Shown here piece after piece: positions 17,848-29,000 of a stretch of 64,000 nucleotides of DNA. The DNA is from Clostridiales bacterium (GTDB taxonomy: Bacteria; Bacillota; Clostridia; Oscillospirales; Acutalibacteraceae): positions 1,666 through 65,665 of the forward strand of contig DXYG01000003.1 in assembly GCA_019415925.1 (NCBI GenBank). Reading direction: 5' to 3'. The notes beneath the pieces were generated by a model, which was not told the DNA's origin, ran no database searches, and saw only the letters and a list, made by a program, of their open reading frames with translations. Positions within the stretch are counted from its first letter, which is position 1, and the number at the start of each line of letters is the position of its first letter. A program made the position numbers and the translations under genes.

Positions 17848-20018
17848 CAGAGGTGGAGCACCCTTTCTTTGATTTCCTGAGTTCTGCCCTGATTCCAGAA
17901 CTGCGTGCCGATGTAGCCGCAGGTTCTTCTTGCTACGTTCATCTTGTCCTGGTCACGGTTATGACATTTCGGACACTCCCAAAGGAGCTTTCCGTCCTCT
18001 TCAACAATGCCGATTTCGCCGTCGTAGCCGCATACCTGACAGTAGTCGCTCTTTGTATTTAGCTCAGCGTACATAATGTTGTCGTAGATGAACTTGATAA
18101 CCTGTAAAACAGCGGGAATGTTGTCCTGCATATTCGGAACCTCAACGTAGCTGATTGCACCGCCGGGAGAGAGAGCCTGAAATTCCGACTCAAGCTTGAG
18201 CTTGTCAAATGCGTTGATTTCCTCGGAAACGTGAACATGATAGCTGTTTGTGATGTAGTTTCTGTCGGTTACGCCCTTGATTACGCCGAAACGCTTTTGC
18301 AGGCACTTTGAAAACTTGTAGGTTGTGCTTTCAAGCGGAGTGCCGTAAATGCTGTAGTCGATGTTCTCTTCCTTTTTCCACTTTGCGCAGTAGTCGTTGA
18401 GCTTCTGCATAATCAGAAGACCAAGCTCCTTGCCTTCTTTTTCGGTGAGCTTTTTGCCGTTGAGGCTGTAAACACATTCCCAAAGACCTGCATAGCCGAG
18501 TGAAAGCGTTGAGTAACCGCCGTGGAGGAGCTTGTCGATTGTTTCGCCTTTTTTAAGTCTTGCAAGTGCGCCGTACTGCCAGAGAATCGGAGCGGCGTCG
18601 GAGAGTGTGCCTGTCAGCCTTTCGTGACGGCACTGCAAGGCACGGTGGCAAAGCTCCATACGCTCGTCAAAAATCTTCCAGAATTTGTTCATATCTCTGT
18701 TGGCACTCAATCCGATATCAACAAGGTTAACCGTTACAACGCCCTGATTGAAGCGTCCGTAATACTTAGGCTCGCCGTTTTCGTCAACATAGGGTGTTAG
18801 GAAGCTGCGGCAGCCCATACAGGTGTAGCAGTGACCTTCACCGTTTTTGTCAATTTTATTCTGCAACATAACCTTTTCGGAAATGTAGTCGGGCACCATT
18901 CTTTTTGCGGTGCATTTAGCCGCAAGCTCGGTTAAGTACCAGTACTTGCTGTCCTCGGTTACGTTGTCCTCTTCAAGAACGTAGATAAGCTTTGGAAATG
19001 CAGGTGTAATCCACACGCCGTCCTCGTTCTTAACGCCCTGATGACGCTGTCTGAGGGTTTCTTCAATGATAAGAGCAAGGTCCTGTTTTTCCTGCTCGTT
19101 TTTAGCCTCGTTAAGGTACATAAACACCGTTACAAACGGAGCCTGACCGTTGGTGGTGAGCAGTGTTACAACCTGATACTGAATAGTCTGAACGCCTCTG
19201 TTAACTTCCTTGCGCAGACGCTTTTCAACGATTTCGTTGAGTTTTTCTTCGCTTACTTCACAGCCGAGTTCTTCAATCTCGGCAATAGTTTCCTTGCGGA
19301 TTTTCTCCCTTGAAATCTGAACAAAGGGTGCAAGGTGAGCAAGGCTTATGCTCTGACCGCCGTACTGGTTGCTTGCAACCTGTGCTATAATCTGAGTAGC
19401 AATGTTGCAGGCTGTTGAAAAGCTGTGCGGTTTTTCAATGAGGGTATCGCTGATAACTGTTCCGTTCTGGAGCATATCCTCAAGGTTTACGAGGTCGCAG
19501 TTGTGCATATGCTGTGCAAAGTAGTCGGCGTCGTGAAAGTGAATAAGTCCCTGCTTGTCAGCCTCGACAATGTCGGGAGGAAGCAACATTCTTCTTGTAA
19601 GGTCACGGCTTACCTCGCCTGCCATATAGTCACGCTGAACGCTGTTGACGGTAGGATTTTTGTTGGAATTTTCCTGCTTTACCTCTTCGTTGTTGCACTC
19701 AATGAGGGAGAGGATTCTGTTGTCGGTTGTGTTAGCCTTACGTACAAGAGAACGATTATAGCGGTATCTTACATAACGGCGTGCAAGCTCGAACGCACCC
19801 TTAGCCATAAGCTGGTCCTCGACCATATCCTGAATTTCCTCAACGGAAACTGCTCTTTTCATTTTGTTGCATTTATATTCAACGTATTCCGCAATGTCGA
19901 TAATCTGTTCGTCAGTCAGGAAACGTGTTTCGGAGGAGTTGTTTGCCTTTTTAACGGCGTTGATAATCTTCTCAATATTGAAATCTTCTTCCGACCCGTT
20001 TCGCTTTATAATTTTCAT
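17847..20018 (-). CDS. nrdD: anaerobic ribonucleoside-triphosphate reductase
   Basis: ATP cone, MGCRSFL, GRFNQGVVTVNL, C-terminal Zn site and RRTCGYIG glycyl-radical motif. Confidence 0.96.
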   Translation of the reverse strand: MKIIKRNGSEEDFNIEKIINAVKKANNSSETRFLTDEQIIDIAEYVEYKCNKMKRAVSVEEIQDMVEDQLMAKGAFELARRYVRYRYNRSLVRKANTTDNRILSLIECNNEEVKQENSNKNPTVNSVQRDYMAGEVSRDLTRRMLLPPDIVEADKQGLIHFHDADYFAQHMHNCDLVNLEDMLQNGTVISDTLIEKPHSFSTACNIATQIIAQVASNQYGGQSISLAHLAPFVQISREKIRKETIAEIEELGCEVSEEKLNEIVEKRLRKEVNRGVQTIQYQVVTLLTTNGQAPFVTVFMYLNEAKNEQEKQDLALIIEETLRQRHQGVKNEDGVWITPAFPKLIYVLEEDNVTEDSKYWYLTELAAKCTAKRMVPDYISEKVMLQNKIDKNGEGHCYTCMGCRSFLTPYVDENGEPKYYGRFNQGVVTVNLVDIGLSANRDMNKFWKIFDERMELCHRALQCRHERLTGTLSDAAPILWQYGALARLKKGETIDKLLHGGYSTLSLGYAGLWECVYSLNGKKLTEKEGKELGLLIMQKLNDYCAKWKKEENIDYSIYGTPLESTTYKFSKCLQKRFGVIKGVTDRNYITNSYHVHVSEEINAFDKLKLESEFQALSPGGAISYVEVPNMQDNIPAVLQVIKFIYDNIMYAELNTKSDYCQVCGYDGEIGIVEEDGKLLWECPKCHNRDQDKMNVARRTCGYIGTQFWNQGRTQEIKERVLHL

Positions 20019-20074
20019 AATTTCCCTTCCTTTTTAAAAAATTTTGATTGCAGGATTAATTATACAGCAAAAAT

Positions 20075-20131
20075 TATCAATATACTGTTGCACAAACAAC
20101 AAAAATGTTTTATAATAACAATATATAGTGT
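20075..20131. promoter_or_regulatory. tandem NrdR boxes upstream of nrdD
   Basis: Cores CAATATACTG (20078) and CAATATATAG (20119), 41 bp apart, matching CwAtATaTwG. Confidence 0.7.
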
Positions 20132-20168
20132 TAGAATAAAATTTAACACACATTATGGAGTGGTTGTA

Positions 20169-20795
20169 ATGAATGATTTTTCTATTGATTCAAGGCTCAC
20201 AAATGCAGACTTAATCGGGTTAAAGGAGTGTTTTGCACCTACCGAAAGGGAGTATGAAAGGGGCGAAATTATTACAATTTGTTCACCTGAAAATGACACA
20301 ATTGGAATAATTAAAAGCGGAATAGCGTATCTTTCGACAATAAATTCCGAGGAGCAGAGAAGAATAATTGATTATTATATGCGAGGTAATGCGTTCGGTA
20401 AGCATTTTCTTCCCGACACCGAGGATAAATTATTTTATGTTTACGCAAAGACAAAATGCACCGTTGATTTTGTAAAATACAAAAAGCTGATTACCTGCTG
20501 TGAAAAAAACTGTGCAAAGCACGTTACTTTTATTGACCACATTATGATGACAACGGCAAGAAAGTCACTTGTTCACGTTGATATTCTCTGTCAGCGAACG
20601 CTTCGCAGTAAGCTGATGTCGTTCTTTGAATATATCGAGTCGGAGGAGAAAAGCAAGAGCTTTACGATTCCTCTGCCGTTTTCCGACCTTGCAGACTATC
20701 TCGGAGTTGACCGCAGTGCGATGATGAGGGAAATCAAAAAGCTCAACGAGGAGAATATTATTTCCACAGACAAGCGAAAAGTAACGATAATTTAG
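20169..20795 (+). CDS. Crp/Fnr-family transcriptional regulator
   Basis: cNMP-like N-domain; C-terminal HTH LADYLGVDRSAMMREIKKL; the long upstream extension overlapping nrdD is not considered real. Confidence 0.88.
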   Translation: MNDFSIDSRLTNADLIGLKECFAPTEREYERGEIITICSPENDTIGIIKSGIAYLSTINSEEQRRIIDYYMRGNAFGKHFLPDTEDKLFYVYAKTKCTVDFVKYKKLITCCEKNCAKHVTFIDHIMMTTARKSLVHVDILCQRTLRSKLMSFFEYIESEEKSKSFTIPLPFSDLADYLGVDRSAMMREIKKLNEENIISTDKRKVTII

Positions 20796-21180
20796 TCGAG
20801 TGCCTCGACGGGCAATTCGAGCGGAAAAGTCGGATTGTTTGGATAAAATTGTAACCCGACTTTTAAGTTGATATATAGGTAACGTTTAGTTTTTTAGTGT
20901 AGGGAACAACCCCTGTGTTGTTCCTACATAAGTTAGATGAACGTCAGTTAGGAACGACACAGGGGTTTCTGCCCCTTAATAAGGGGACTGAGGGGTTTTG
21001 GGCGACTGCCGTACCGTTCCCTACGGATAGAATACAAACGTTTCCTCTTTAGCCGTAGGGGACGGCATCCTTGACGTCCCGTTTCATAAATTGCAACGCA
21101 ATTTATGAAATATGGCGAACACAGTTCGCCGCTACAATCATTAATTTTGCCCGTCGAGGCACTCGACAAATTATCGTTTA
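20782..21180. mobile_element. MITE/REPIN-like non-coding element with ~33-bp terminal inverted repeats and internal REP hairpins
   Basis: Left AACGATAATTTAGTCGAGTGCCTCGACGGGCAA versus right TTGCCCGTCGAGGCACTCGACAAATTATCGTT; GTAG hairpins at 20899 and 21055. Confidence 0.75.
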
Positions 21181-21194
21181 TAACTGACATATCA

Positions 21195-21230
21195 AAAAAA
21201 ACAGGGACGGAAAATCTCCGTCCCTGAAAA
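21195..21230 (-). terminator. terminator of the EF-G-like gene
   Basis: A-run then CAGGGACGGA-aaatc-TCCGTCCCTG. Confidence 0.85.
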
Positions 21231-21239
21231 ATTATCTGT

Positions 21240-23312
21240 TTATTCCGTCATTTCAGCCTTTGCTTTCTCAATAATTTTCTGCGCTACGTTTGCAGGTGCG
21301 TCCTCATAGCGTGCAAATGAAAGCTCAAACGAGCCTCTGCCCTGAGTAATCTGCCTGATGAACGTTGAGAAGTCGCTCATTTCAGCCATCGGCACTTCTG
21401 CCTCAACAACCTGCATTCCGTTTTCGGCAGGAGACATACCGAGCACTCTGCCTCTGCGCTTGTTAACCTCGCCCATTACGTCGCCCATATTTGCGTCGGG
21501 AACATAAGCCTTAAGACTTCCGATAGGCTCTAACAGCGTCGGAGAAGCGTTTGGAATACCGTTTTTGTATGCAAGGCTTGCCGCAGTCTTAAACGACATT
21601 TCGGAGGAGTCAACAGGATGATACGAGCCGTCGTAAAGCGTAGCCTTGATGCCTACTGTCGGATAGCCTGCAAGCACGCCCTTCTTGATTGAATCACGAA
21701 GTCCCTTTTCAACGGCAGGGAAGAAGTTTTTGGGAACGGCACCACCGACTACACGCTCAGCAAATACGAGGTCGTCGGTATCAAACGGCTCAAATTCAAT
21801 CCATACATCGCCGAACTGTCCGTGGCCGCCCGACTGCTTCTTGTATCTGCCCTGTGCACTAACCTTTTTACGGATTGTTTCTCTGTATGCAATCTTCGGC
21901 TTCTGAAGCGAAGCGTCAACATTGTACTTTGCTTTAAGTCTTGAAATTACAACGTCAAGGTGCTGTTCGCCGAGTCCTGAAATTACCATTTCGTGGGTTT
22001 CGTGGTTTGTAACAAACTTGATTGTCGGGTCTTCGTCGCAAAGCTTTGTAAGAGCCTGAGCCACCTTATCCTCGTCACCCTTTTTAGCAGGATAAATAGC
22101 CATTGTGTAGGACGAAACAGGGTAGTCGATTCCGTCAAGCACAACCTTGCGAAGCGGTGAGCAAAGCGTGTCGCCCGTCTTCGTTGAGGAAAGCTTCGGA
22201 ATTGCACCGATGTCGCCTGCGCCGATGTAATCAACGTCAATCTGTTTTTTGCCGCACATTGCAAGTACCTTTGTAACTCGCTCCTGCGAGCCTGTGCGCA
22301 TATTAATAAGGGGTGTGTCGGGAGCTACCTTGCCCGAAACGACCTTGATGTATGAAAGTCTGCCGATAAACGGGTCGGCAACAGTCTTGAAAACAACAGC
22401 CGCAGTGGCGCCGTTTTCATTTACGGAAACCTCAACAGGCTCACCGTTTACGTCAACGCCGATTTCGTCGCCCTTGTCAGCGGCTGACGGTGCAAGCCAC
22501 GTAAGGCTGTTGAGAAGCTGGTCAATAGCAAAGGTGTTGTGAGCGTCACCGCAGAATACGGGGCAGATTGTGCCGTCCTTAACGCCCTGACTTACACCGA
22601 GGATAATTTCTTCGGGGGTGAATTCCTCACCCATAATGAACTTGTCAAGCAATTCCTCGCTTGTTTCTGCAACGGCTTCCTTGATAGCCTCCCTAAGTCC
22701 CTCGAGTCTGCTTCCCATATCGGGGAGCGCAGTAGGCTTTACAGAGCCGTCGGTTGCATATTCATAAGCCTTGTAGTCAAAGAGATTAACGTATGTATTA
22801 GCCTGACCGTCAACGATATAGGGCACTACAACGGGGCAGACGGACGGACCGAACGTAGCCTTGAGATTTTCAAATACACGGTAGAAACGAGCGTCCTCGT
22901 CGCAAAGACCGTTTACAAAGAACACCTTGGTAAGACCTGCTTTTGTAGCGGATTCAACAGCCTTTTCCGTTCCTACGTTAACGCCGTCCTTGCCTGATAC
23001 TACAATCAGAGCAGTGTCAGCGGCACGCATACCCTCTGCAACGCCGCCTGCAAAGTCAAAAAGACCGGGAGTGTCGATAAGATTAATCTTTGTGTTCTTC
23101 CACTCTATGGGAGCAACAGCCGTCATAATTGATGCCTGACGTTTGATTTCTTCAGCGTCAAAGTCGAGCATTGTGTTGCCGTCGGCAATTTTTCCCAGAC
23201 GGTCGCTGACCTTTGAAAGATAGAGAATTGACTCGGCAACCGAGGTTTTGCCGCAGCCGCTGTGTCCGGCGAGAGCAATATTTAATATTTTTTTAGCGTC
23301 ATATTGTTTCAA
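21240..23312 (-). CDS. fusA: elongation factor G-like protein (EF-G2)
   Basis: GHSGCGKT, DTPG, GLGEQHLD, YKKQSGGHGQFG, GSYHPVDSSE; divergent G1 motif and stand-alone location indicate a paralogue. Confidence 0.9.
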   Translation of the reverse strand: MKQYDAKKILNIALAGHSGCGKTSVAESILYLSKVSDRLGKIADGNTMLDFDAEEIKRQASIMTAVAPIEWKNTKINLIDTPGLFDFAGGVAEGMRAADTALIVVSGKDGVNVGTEKAVESATKAGLTKVFFVNGLCDEDARFYRVFENLKATFGPSVCPVVVPYIVDGQANTYVNLFDYKAYEYATDGSVKPTALPDMGSRLEGLREAIKEAVAETSEELLDKFIMGEEFTPEEIILGVSQGVKDGTICPVFCGDAHNTFAIDQLLNSLTWLAPSAADKGDEIGVDVNGEPVEVSVNENGATAAVVFKTVADPFIGRLSYIKVVSGKVAPDTPLINMRTGSQERVTKVLAMCGKKQIDVDYIGAGDIGAIPKLSSTKTGDTLCSPLRKVVLDGIDYPVSSYTMAIYPAKKGDEDKVAQALTKLCDEDPTIKFVTNHETHEMVISGLGEQHLDVVISRLKAKYNVDASLQKPKIAYRETIRKKVSAQGRYKKQSGGHGQFGDVWIEFEPFDTDDLVFAERVVGGAVPKNFFPAVEKGLRDSIKKGVLAGYPTVGIKATLYDGSYHPVDSSEMSFKTAASLAYKNGIPNASPTLLEPIGSLKAYVPDANMGDVMGEVNKRRGRVLGMSPAENGMQVVEAEVPMAEMSDFSTFIRQITQGRGSFELSFARYEDAPANVAQKIIEKAKAEMTE

Positions 23313-23449
23313 AAATGAAAACTCCTTTCGTTGTTACAATATTTAAAAATCGACGTTATTTTATCAATTTAAACAATTGTATGAACTAAGTCTAAATTAT
23401 TATATCATATTTGTATAAAATAAACAACCGAAATTGAGCAAAATAAAAA

Positions 23450-23484
23450 AATTCACCCTTTGCCCAATAGAGCAGAGGGTGAAT
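23450..23484 (-). terminator. terminator downstream of ilvD
   Basis: AATTCACCCT...AGGGTGAATT stem preceded by an A-run. Confidence 0.65.
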
Positions 23485-23563
23485 TGTGCATATTGCTTTT
23501 TTTGAAGATTTATTGCTGTAAATAGCATAAATTTATGTATTTTGTTTTGTGCAAATTTACGGT

Positions 23564-25222
23564 TTATTCAAGAACAGCGCCCTGTGCACCCGAAGAAACA
23601 AGCTTAGCATAACGTGAGAGGTAACCCGAGGTAATTCTCGGCTGTCTGGGGGTCCAAGCCGCCTTGCGCTTTGCAAGCTCTTCGTCGGAAACAAGCACGT
23701 TGATTGTGTTAGCAGGAATGTCGATTTCGATTGTGTCGCCTTCCTCGATAAGAGCGATAGGACCGCCAACTGCGGCTTCGGGTGAAACGTGACCGATTGC
23801 GGCACCTCTTGTAGCACCCGAGAAACGTCCGTCTGTGATAAGTGCAACGCAGTTACCAAGACCGCTTCCCATAATTGCAGAGGTCGGGTTGAGCATTTCT
23901 CTCATTCCGGGACCGCCCTTAGGTCCTTCGTAGCGGATAACAACAACGTCGCCTTCGTTGATTTTGCCGTCGTAAATTGCGTTGAGTGCGTCCTCTTCGC
24001 AGTCAAATACTCTTGCAAAGCCCTTGTGGTGCATCATTTCTTCTGCAACAGCGCTTCTCTTTACAACACAGCCGTCGGGAGCAAGGTTGCCCTTTAATAC
24101 TGCAATACCGCCTGTTTTGCTGTAGGGGTTTTCAACTGTTCTGATGATTTCGGTGTTTCTGATTTCACAGCCCTCAATGTTTTCACCGACAGTCTTGCCT
24201 GTGCAGGTGAGGAGTGAGGTGTTGATAAGGTTAAGCTTTGTAAGCTCGTGCATTACTGCGTAAATTCCGCCTGCTTCGTTTAGCTCCTCAATAAAGTGCT
24301 CGCCTGCGGGTGCAAGGTGACAGAGGTTTGGAGTCTTTGTGGAGATTTCATTTGCAATGTCGAGATGCAAGTCAATTCCGCACTCGTGAGCGATAGCAGG
24401 GAGGTGGAGCATTGTGTTTGTTGAGCATCCGAGAGCCATATCAACGGTAAGAGCATTCCTGAATGCTTCCTCAGTCATAATGTCACGTGGACGGATGTTG
24501 TTCTTTACAAGCTCCATAATCTGCATACCTGCGTGTTTTGCAAGCTGTAAACGCTGTGAGTAAACAGCGGGAACCGTGCCGTTGCCCTTAAGTCCCATAC
24601 CGATAACCTCTGTAAGGCAGTTCATTGAATTTGCAGTGAACATACCCGAGCAGGAACCGCAGGTCGGACAAGCGTTGTTTTCATATTCGCTTAGCTTTTC
24701 CTCGTCAATTTCGCCAACCTTAAAGCGTGAAACAGCTTCGGAAACAGTAGAGTAGCTGATTTTCTTACCGTCTACTCTGCCTGCAAGCATAGGACCGCCG
24801 CTGACAAAGATTGAGGGAATGTTGAGTCTTGCCGCCGCCATAAGAAGTCCGGGAACGTTCTTGTCACAGTTGGGGACCATAACAAGACCGTCAAAAGCGT
24901 GTGCCTTGGCCATAGCCTCGGTTGAGTCGGCAATAAGCTCACGTGTAACGAGAGAGTATTTCATACCCTCGTGACCCATTGCAATACCGTCGCAGACTGC
25001 AATTGCAGGGAATACTATCGGAACGCCGCCTGCAAGGGCAACGCCCATTTTTACAGCCTCAACGACCTTGTCAATATTCATATGACCGGGCACGATATCG
25101 TTCTTGGAGCTTACGATACCGATTAAAGGCTTTTTGATTTCTTCATCTGTAAGACCTAAAGCGTGAAGAAGCGTACGCTGGGGAGCGGCATTAACGCCGT
25201 CCTTTAAAACTGAACTTTTCAT
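23564..25222 (-). CDS. ilvD: dihydroxy-acid dehydratase
   Basis: [46 protein letters not shown]. Confidence 0.96.
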   Translation of the reverse strand: MKSSVLKDGVNAAPQRTLLHALGLTDEEIKKPLIGIVSSKNDIVPGHMNIDKVVEAVKMGVALAGGVPIVFPAIAVCDGIAMGHEGMKYSLVTRELIADSTEAMAKAHAFDGLVMVPNCDKNVPGLLMAAARLNIPSIFVSGGPMLAGRVDGKKISYSTVSEAVSRFKVGEIDEEKLSEYENNACPTCGSCSGMFTANSMNCLTEVIGMGLKGNGTVPAVYSQRLQLAKHAGMQIMELVKNNIRPRDIMTEEAFRNALTVDMALGCSTNTMLHLPAIAHECGIDLHLDIANEISTKTPNLCHLAPAGEHFIEELNEAGGIYAVMHELTKLNLINTSLLTCTGKTVGENIEGCEIRNTEIIRTVENPYSKTGGIAVLKGNLAPDGCVVKRSAVAEEMMHHKGFARVFDCEEDALNAIYDGKINEGDVVVIRYEGPKGGPGMREMLNPTSAIMGSGLGNCVALITDGRFSGATRGAAIGHVSPEAAVGGPIALIEEGDTIEIDIPANTINVLVSDEELAKRKAAWTPRQPRITSGYLSRYAKLVSSGAQGAVLE

Positions 25223-25253
25223 TATAATCAATCCTTTCGGTTTATTTGTAATC

Positions 25254-25279
25254 GTAGGGGACGGCTTCCCAGACGTCCC
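25254..25279 (+). repeat. solo GTAG-type REP hairpin
   Basis: GTAGGGGACGGCTTCCCAGACGTCCC; related copies at 21055, 31909 (reverse) and 57020. Confidence 0.75.
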
Positions 25280-25323
25280 TTATATACTATACCATTCTAT
25301 TTTACCATAACTGTATTATAAAA

Positions 25324-25872
25324 TCAAGAATTGCTTTTGTTTTTGCTTACATATTCTAAAAATTCGGGCGTTTTGCTCCAGTATTTTACGCCCCAGTTTT
25401 CAAAATTCCATTCCTCCATATAGTCGTTGCACTCGTAGTCTATGTAATACATTTTGCCGTTCTGCACGATAAAGTTAGTGGGGAAGTAGTCAATGTTTGT
25501 GTTCTGAGGGTAGAGCAAAGCGCACATAGCTTTGACCTGCTCAATATATTCGTCTTTCATTTTCTCCTGCAAAACGAGGTCAAATATTGTTTCACCATCA
25601 ATGTATTCCTTTAAAATGCGTTCGTTTTCAACGTCAACGTCAAGCATTTTGGGCATAGCAATTCCGATATTTTTCAGCCTTTTGTAGTCGTTTATTTCCG
25701 ATTGAATTTTATCCCCGAACTGATAATACGAGCAAGGCTCGTGGTGAATCTGCTTTAAAGTATATTTGTTTTTTCCGTCGGTTGCAAGGTAGGAATATCC
25801 GCCCTTGCCCTTGCCGAGCAGTTTTATAATTTTATATTCCTTGCCGTTTACACTGATTGTTTTAACTTCCAT
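25324..25872 (-). CDS. small protein-kinase-fold protein (Bud32/RIO/Kdo-like)
   Basis: LLGKGKGG, TLK, KEYIDG, IDYFPTN, IDYE. Confidence 0.7.
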   Translation of the reverse strand: MEVKTISVNGKEYKIIKLLGKGKGGYSYLATDGKNKYTLKQIHHEPCSYYQFGDKIQSEINDYKRLKNIGIAMPKMLDVDVENERILKEYIDGETIFDLVLQEKMKDEYIEQVKAMCALLYPQNTNIDYFPTNFIVQNGKMYYIDYECNDYMEEWNFENWGVKYWSKTPEFLEYVSKNKSNS

Positions 25873-26017
25873 ACGAACCTCCTTGACAGGTTTCTGAAAA
25901 TATTATAAGCATTTTTAATTTATTTTTCAAGTAAATCAGGAAAAATATGGACAATCTGACTTTTTTAAATTATAATACAGGCAAAGGCATAACAATAAAT
26001 ATGTTGGGAGGAATACT

Positions 26018-29000
26018 ATGAAAAAGAAAATAGTATCGTTGCTTTTGTGTACTCTTATTGCAGGCGGAAGTGTGTCTGTGTTTTCGGTCAGTGCGGCTGA
26101 AAATGAGCAGAAATTGCAATACATACGTGCTGTTAATAACAACAATCTCTTATCATATTATAATGAAAACGGTGAAGAGGTTGACGTTGAGTCACTTAAC
26201 AATGATGTTGAAGTAAACGAAAGCACTTTGCCATCAGAATATGATTTGCGTGATTACAACAGAGTTACGTCTGTCAGAAATCAGGGCAGTGAGGGCTTGT
26301 GTTGGGATTTTGCTTCTACTGCGTCAATGGAGTCAAATATTCTTTCTCAGAGTGAGCTGTCGGCAAAAGAGGGCGACAATCCATATAAAACGCTCGACCT
26401 TTCCGAGAGAGGTCATACGTGGTATATCCACACAAACTTTGACGATGAAAGCTCACCGCTTTACGGCGACTATATGCAGGACCCTACAAAGGGAAGCGGC
26501 GGCGGTACGGCTGACATTGTTGCGCAGGGACTAAGTGCCGGCTTTGGTGTATATCCCGAAAGCCTTTTGCCATATGAACAGATATATTCAGGCTGTCCCG
26601 AGGGACTTCGGTTTTATTCGGACTATCGTCTGAAAGATTACAGTGAGCTTAATAATGACAACGCGCTCATCAAGAAAACTGTTATGGAAAATGGCGCTGT
26701 AGCGATTAATTACAGTTGCTTTGCTGCAAACACATATATGGTTGACGGAATGCAGGCTTATTACGACAACGGTAACCCGATTGACGGTGTGTACGGTCAG
26801 GGACATCTTGTTGCTGTTGTAGGCTGGGACGACAGCTACAGCAGTGAGAATTTCAATCCCGAGATGCAGCCTGAAAATGACGGTGCGTGGCTTTGCAAAA
26901 ACAGTTGGGGCGAAGAAAATTGCAGCACCGCTGACGGCTATAAGGGCTATTTCTGGATGTCATATGAAACGCCTTTAAGCTGTGTTGCAAGCTATGAAAT
27001 GCAGAGCGTTGAAGAATTTGACAATATCTATCAGCATCAGGTTACGTCATTTGCAGGCATTGATGTTGAGTCAGCCGCAAATGTTTTTACAGCCGAGTCC
27101 GACGAGGTGTTAAAGCAGGTTTGCCTGCAAACGGTAGGTGCATCTGACGTAAAAATTGAGATTTACAAGCTTAACAGCGGATTTACCTCGCCTCAGGACG
27201 GAAAGCTTTTATCAAGCTTTGACGCTTCGTTTGACTTTACGGGAATTCACACTGTAGAATGTCCCGAAAATATCAGACTCAACGCAGGAGATACGTTTTC
27301 AATTGTGGTTATAAGCAAGTCAAACCTTTTATTAAATTTCAAATCTGACAGCAATAACGAGGTTTCGGGCAGAAGCTATTGTATTACAAACGGTGAAAGC
27401 TGGACTGACGTTGCCGACAAATGGCAATGCGGTTATGCTGCAATAAAGGTTTACACCTCAAATGACGGAAAAGTTAACAAAACAGAGCTTGAAGAGCTTG
27501 TAAATACGGGCGAGGAGATTACTCCCGACAAAGATGTCAGCGCAGAAATTATTGAAGAGCTTAACGCAAGTCTTAATTCTGCAAAAGAACTTCTTAATGA
27601 TGAAAATGCTACGCAAAACAGCATTGACAACGAATATTGCCTGCTGAAATGCAGTGTTGACAAGGTGAAGAATTTTACATTTACTATTAACAGCGTTGAT
27701 GACTACTTCAGGCTCATAGATAAAGTAGAAAACAATGGTGACAGCAGCATAAGTAAAATTGTCCTTAATGCTGATTTGGACTTCGGCGGAAAAGAAATTC
27801 AGACGATTTTTACCAAAAATCAGTTCAGCGGAATATTTGACGGAAACGGACACAAAATGAGCAATTTTGTGATTGATTCAAAGGAAGAATATAACTCAGG
27901 CTTGTTTGGCGGACTTTACAAAGCAACGGTTAAGAATATTGTTTTTGAAAACTGTTCTGTAACTGCCGGCGACTGCGCAACGCTTATTTCGAATTACTGC
28001 ACTGACTCTGTAATTGAAAACTGCGAGGTGTCAAACTGTAAGGTAAATGCAAAATCAGCCGCAATTATAGGCGCATATCTCTCGGAATGCCATTTAACAA
28101 ATCTATGTATTACGGATTCAAAGGTTTACGCAGTTAATTCAGCAGGACTGTACTTTTTAAACGGCTTTGAAACAACGGCTGAAAACTGCACTGCAAACGG
28201 TGTTGAGCTTTATTCCGAAAATATGGTTTATGACGGAAATTTGACAGTTACTCTGTTGTCGTCAAGCGAGGGTTCGGTTCCGAGAATTAAACTGGCAGAC
28301 GGCAAATGTACGGTTGAAAGCTTTATCGGTATAATTACCTCTGTAAAAGCTAACGGAAAGCAGTTGTCAAATGACGGCAATGTTTATGTTGTTGATGACA
28401 CAAGCGGAGATGTTTATCTTGATATAGTCTGTGATATGTCCGACAGCGGAGATTACGGCGTTACGGGCAATTTGGAAACAGGGGAGTTATATCTGCTTTC
28501 CTACAACGGAGATTCACCCGAAATGGTAATACCTTCCACGATGTTCGGCAAGGAAATTGCGGGCATTTCCGAGTACTTCAGCTCAAATATAACGTATTCC
28601 GACAAAATAACCTCAATAACAATTCCGGGAAAAATTAAGAGCATTTCAGAGAGTACATTTATGGGAATGCCTGCGCTTAAAAAAGTTGTTGTTGAAGAAG
28701 GTGTTGAAAAGCTTGAGGGCGGAGCATTCAGCGATTGCTTTGAACTTACGGACGTAAAGCTCCCCGACAGTCTTAAATCAATCGGAATCTTCGCTTTTGG
28801 AAACTGCACAAAGCTTAAAAATATTGAATTCGGAAATTCACTTTGCAAAATAGGAGAAAGGGCGTTTTACAACTGCATAAGCCTTTGCGACCTTATCCTG
28901 CCCGACAGCGTTAAGAAAATCGGTATCGGAGCGTTTTCACACTGCGGTTTTATGAGCGTGACGCTGGGCAGAAATGTCGAAGAAATCGGAGAAAATGCCT

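Noticed and set aside
19425..20168. 456-aa ORF suggesting a long N-terminal extension of the Crp regulator
   Set aside because: The extension is the antisense shadow of nrdD plus intergenic DNA; the Crp domain starts at ATG 20169 after GGAG.
20782..21180. Possible CRISPR array in the repeat-rich intergenic regions (also 31815-32181)
   Set aside because: Repeats are inverted, heterogeneous and irregularly spaced, with no constant repeat-spacer period and no cas genes.
20948..21190. 80-aa minus-strand ORF inside the element (similarly 56930-57142)
   Set aside because: It translates through REP hairpins (GRQGCRPLR, DVRDAVPY) and has no RBS; a typical spurious REP-derived ORF.
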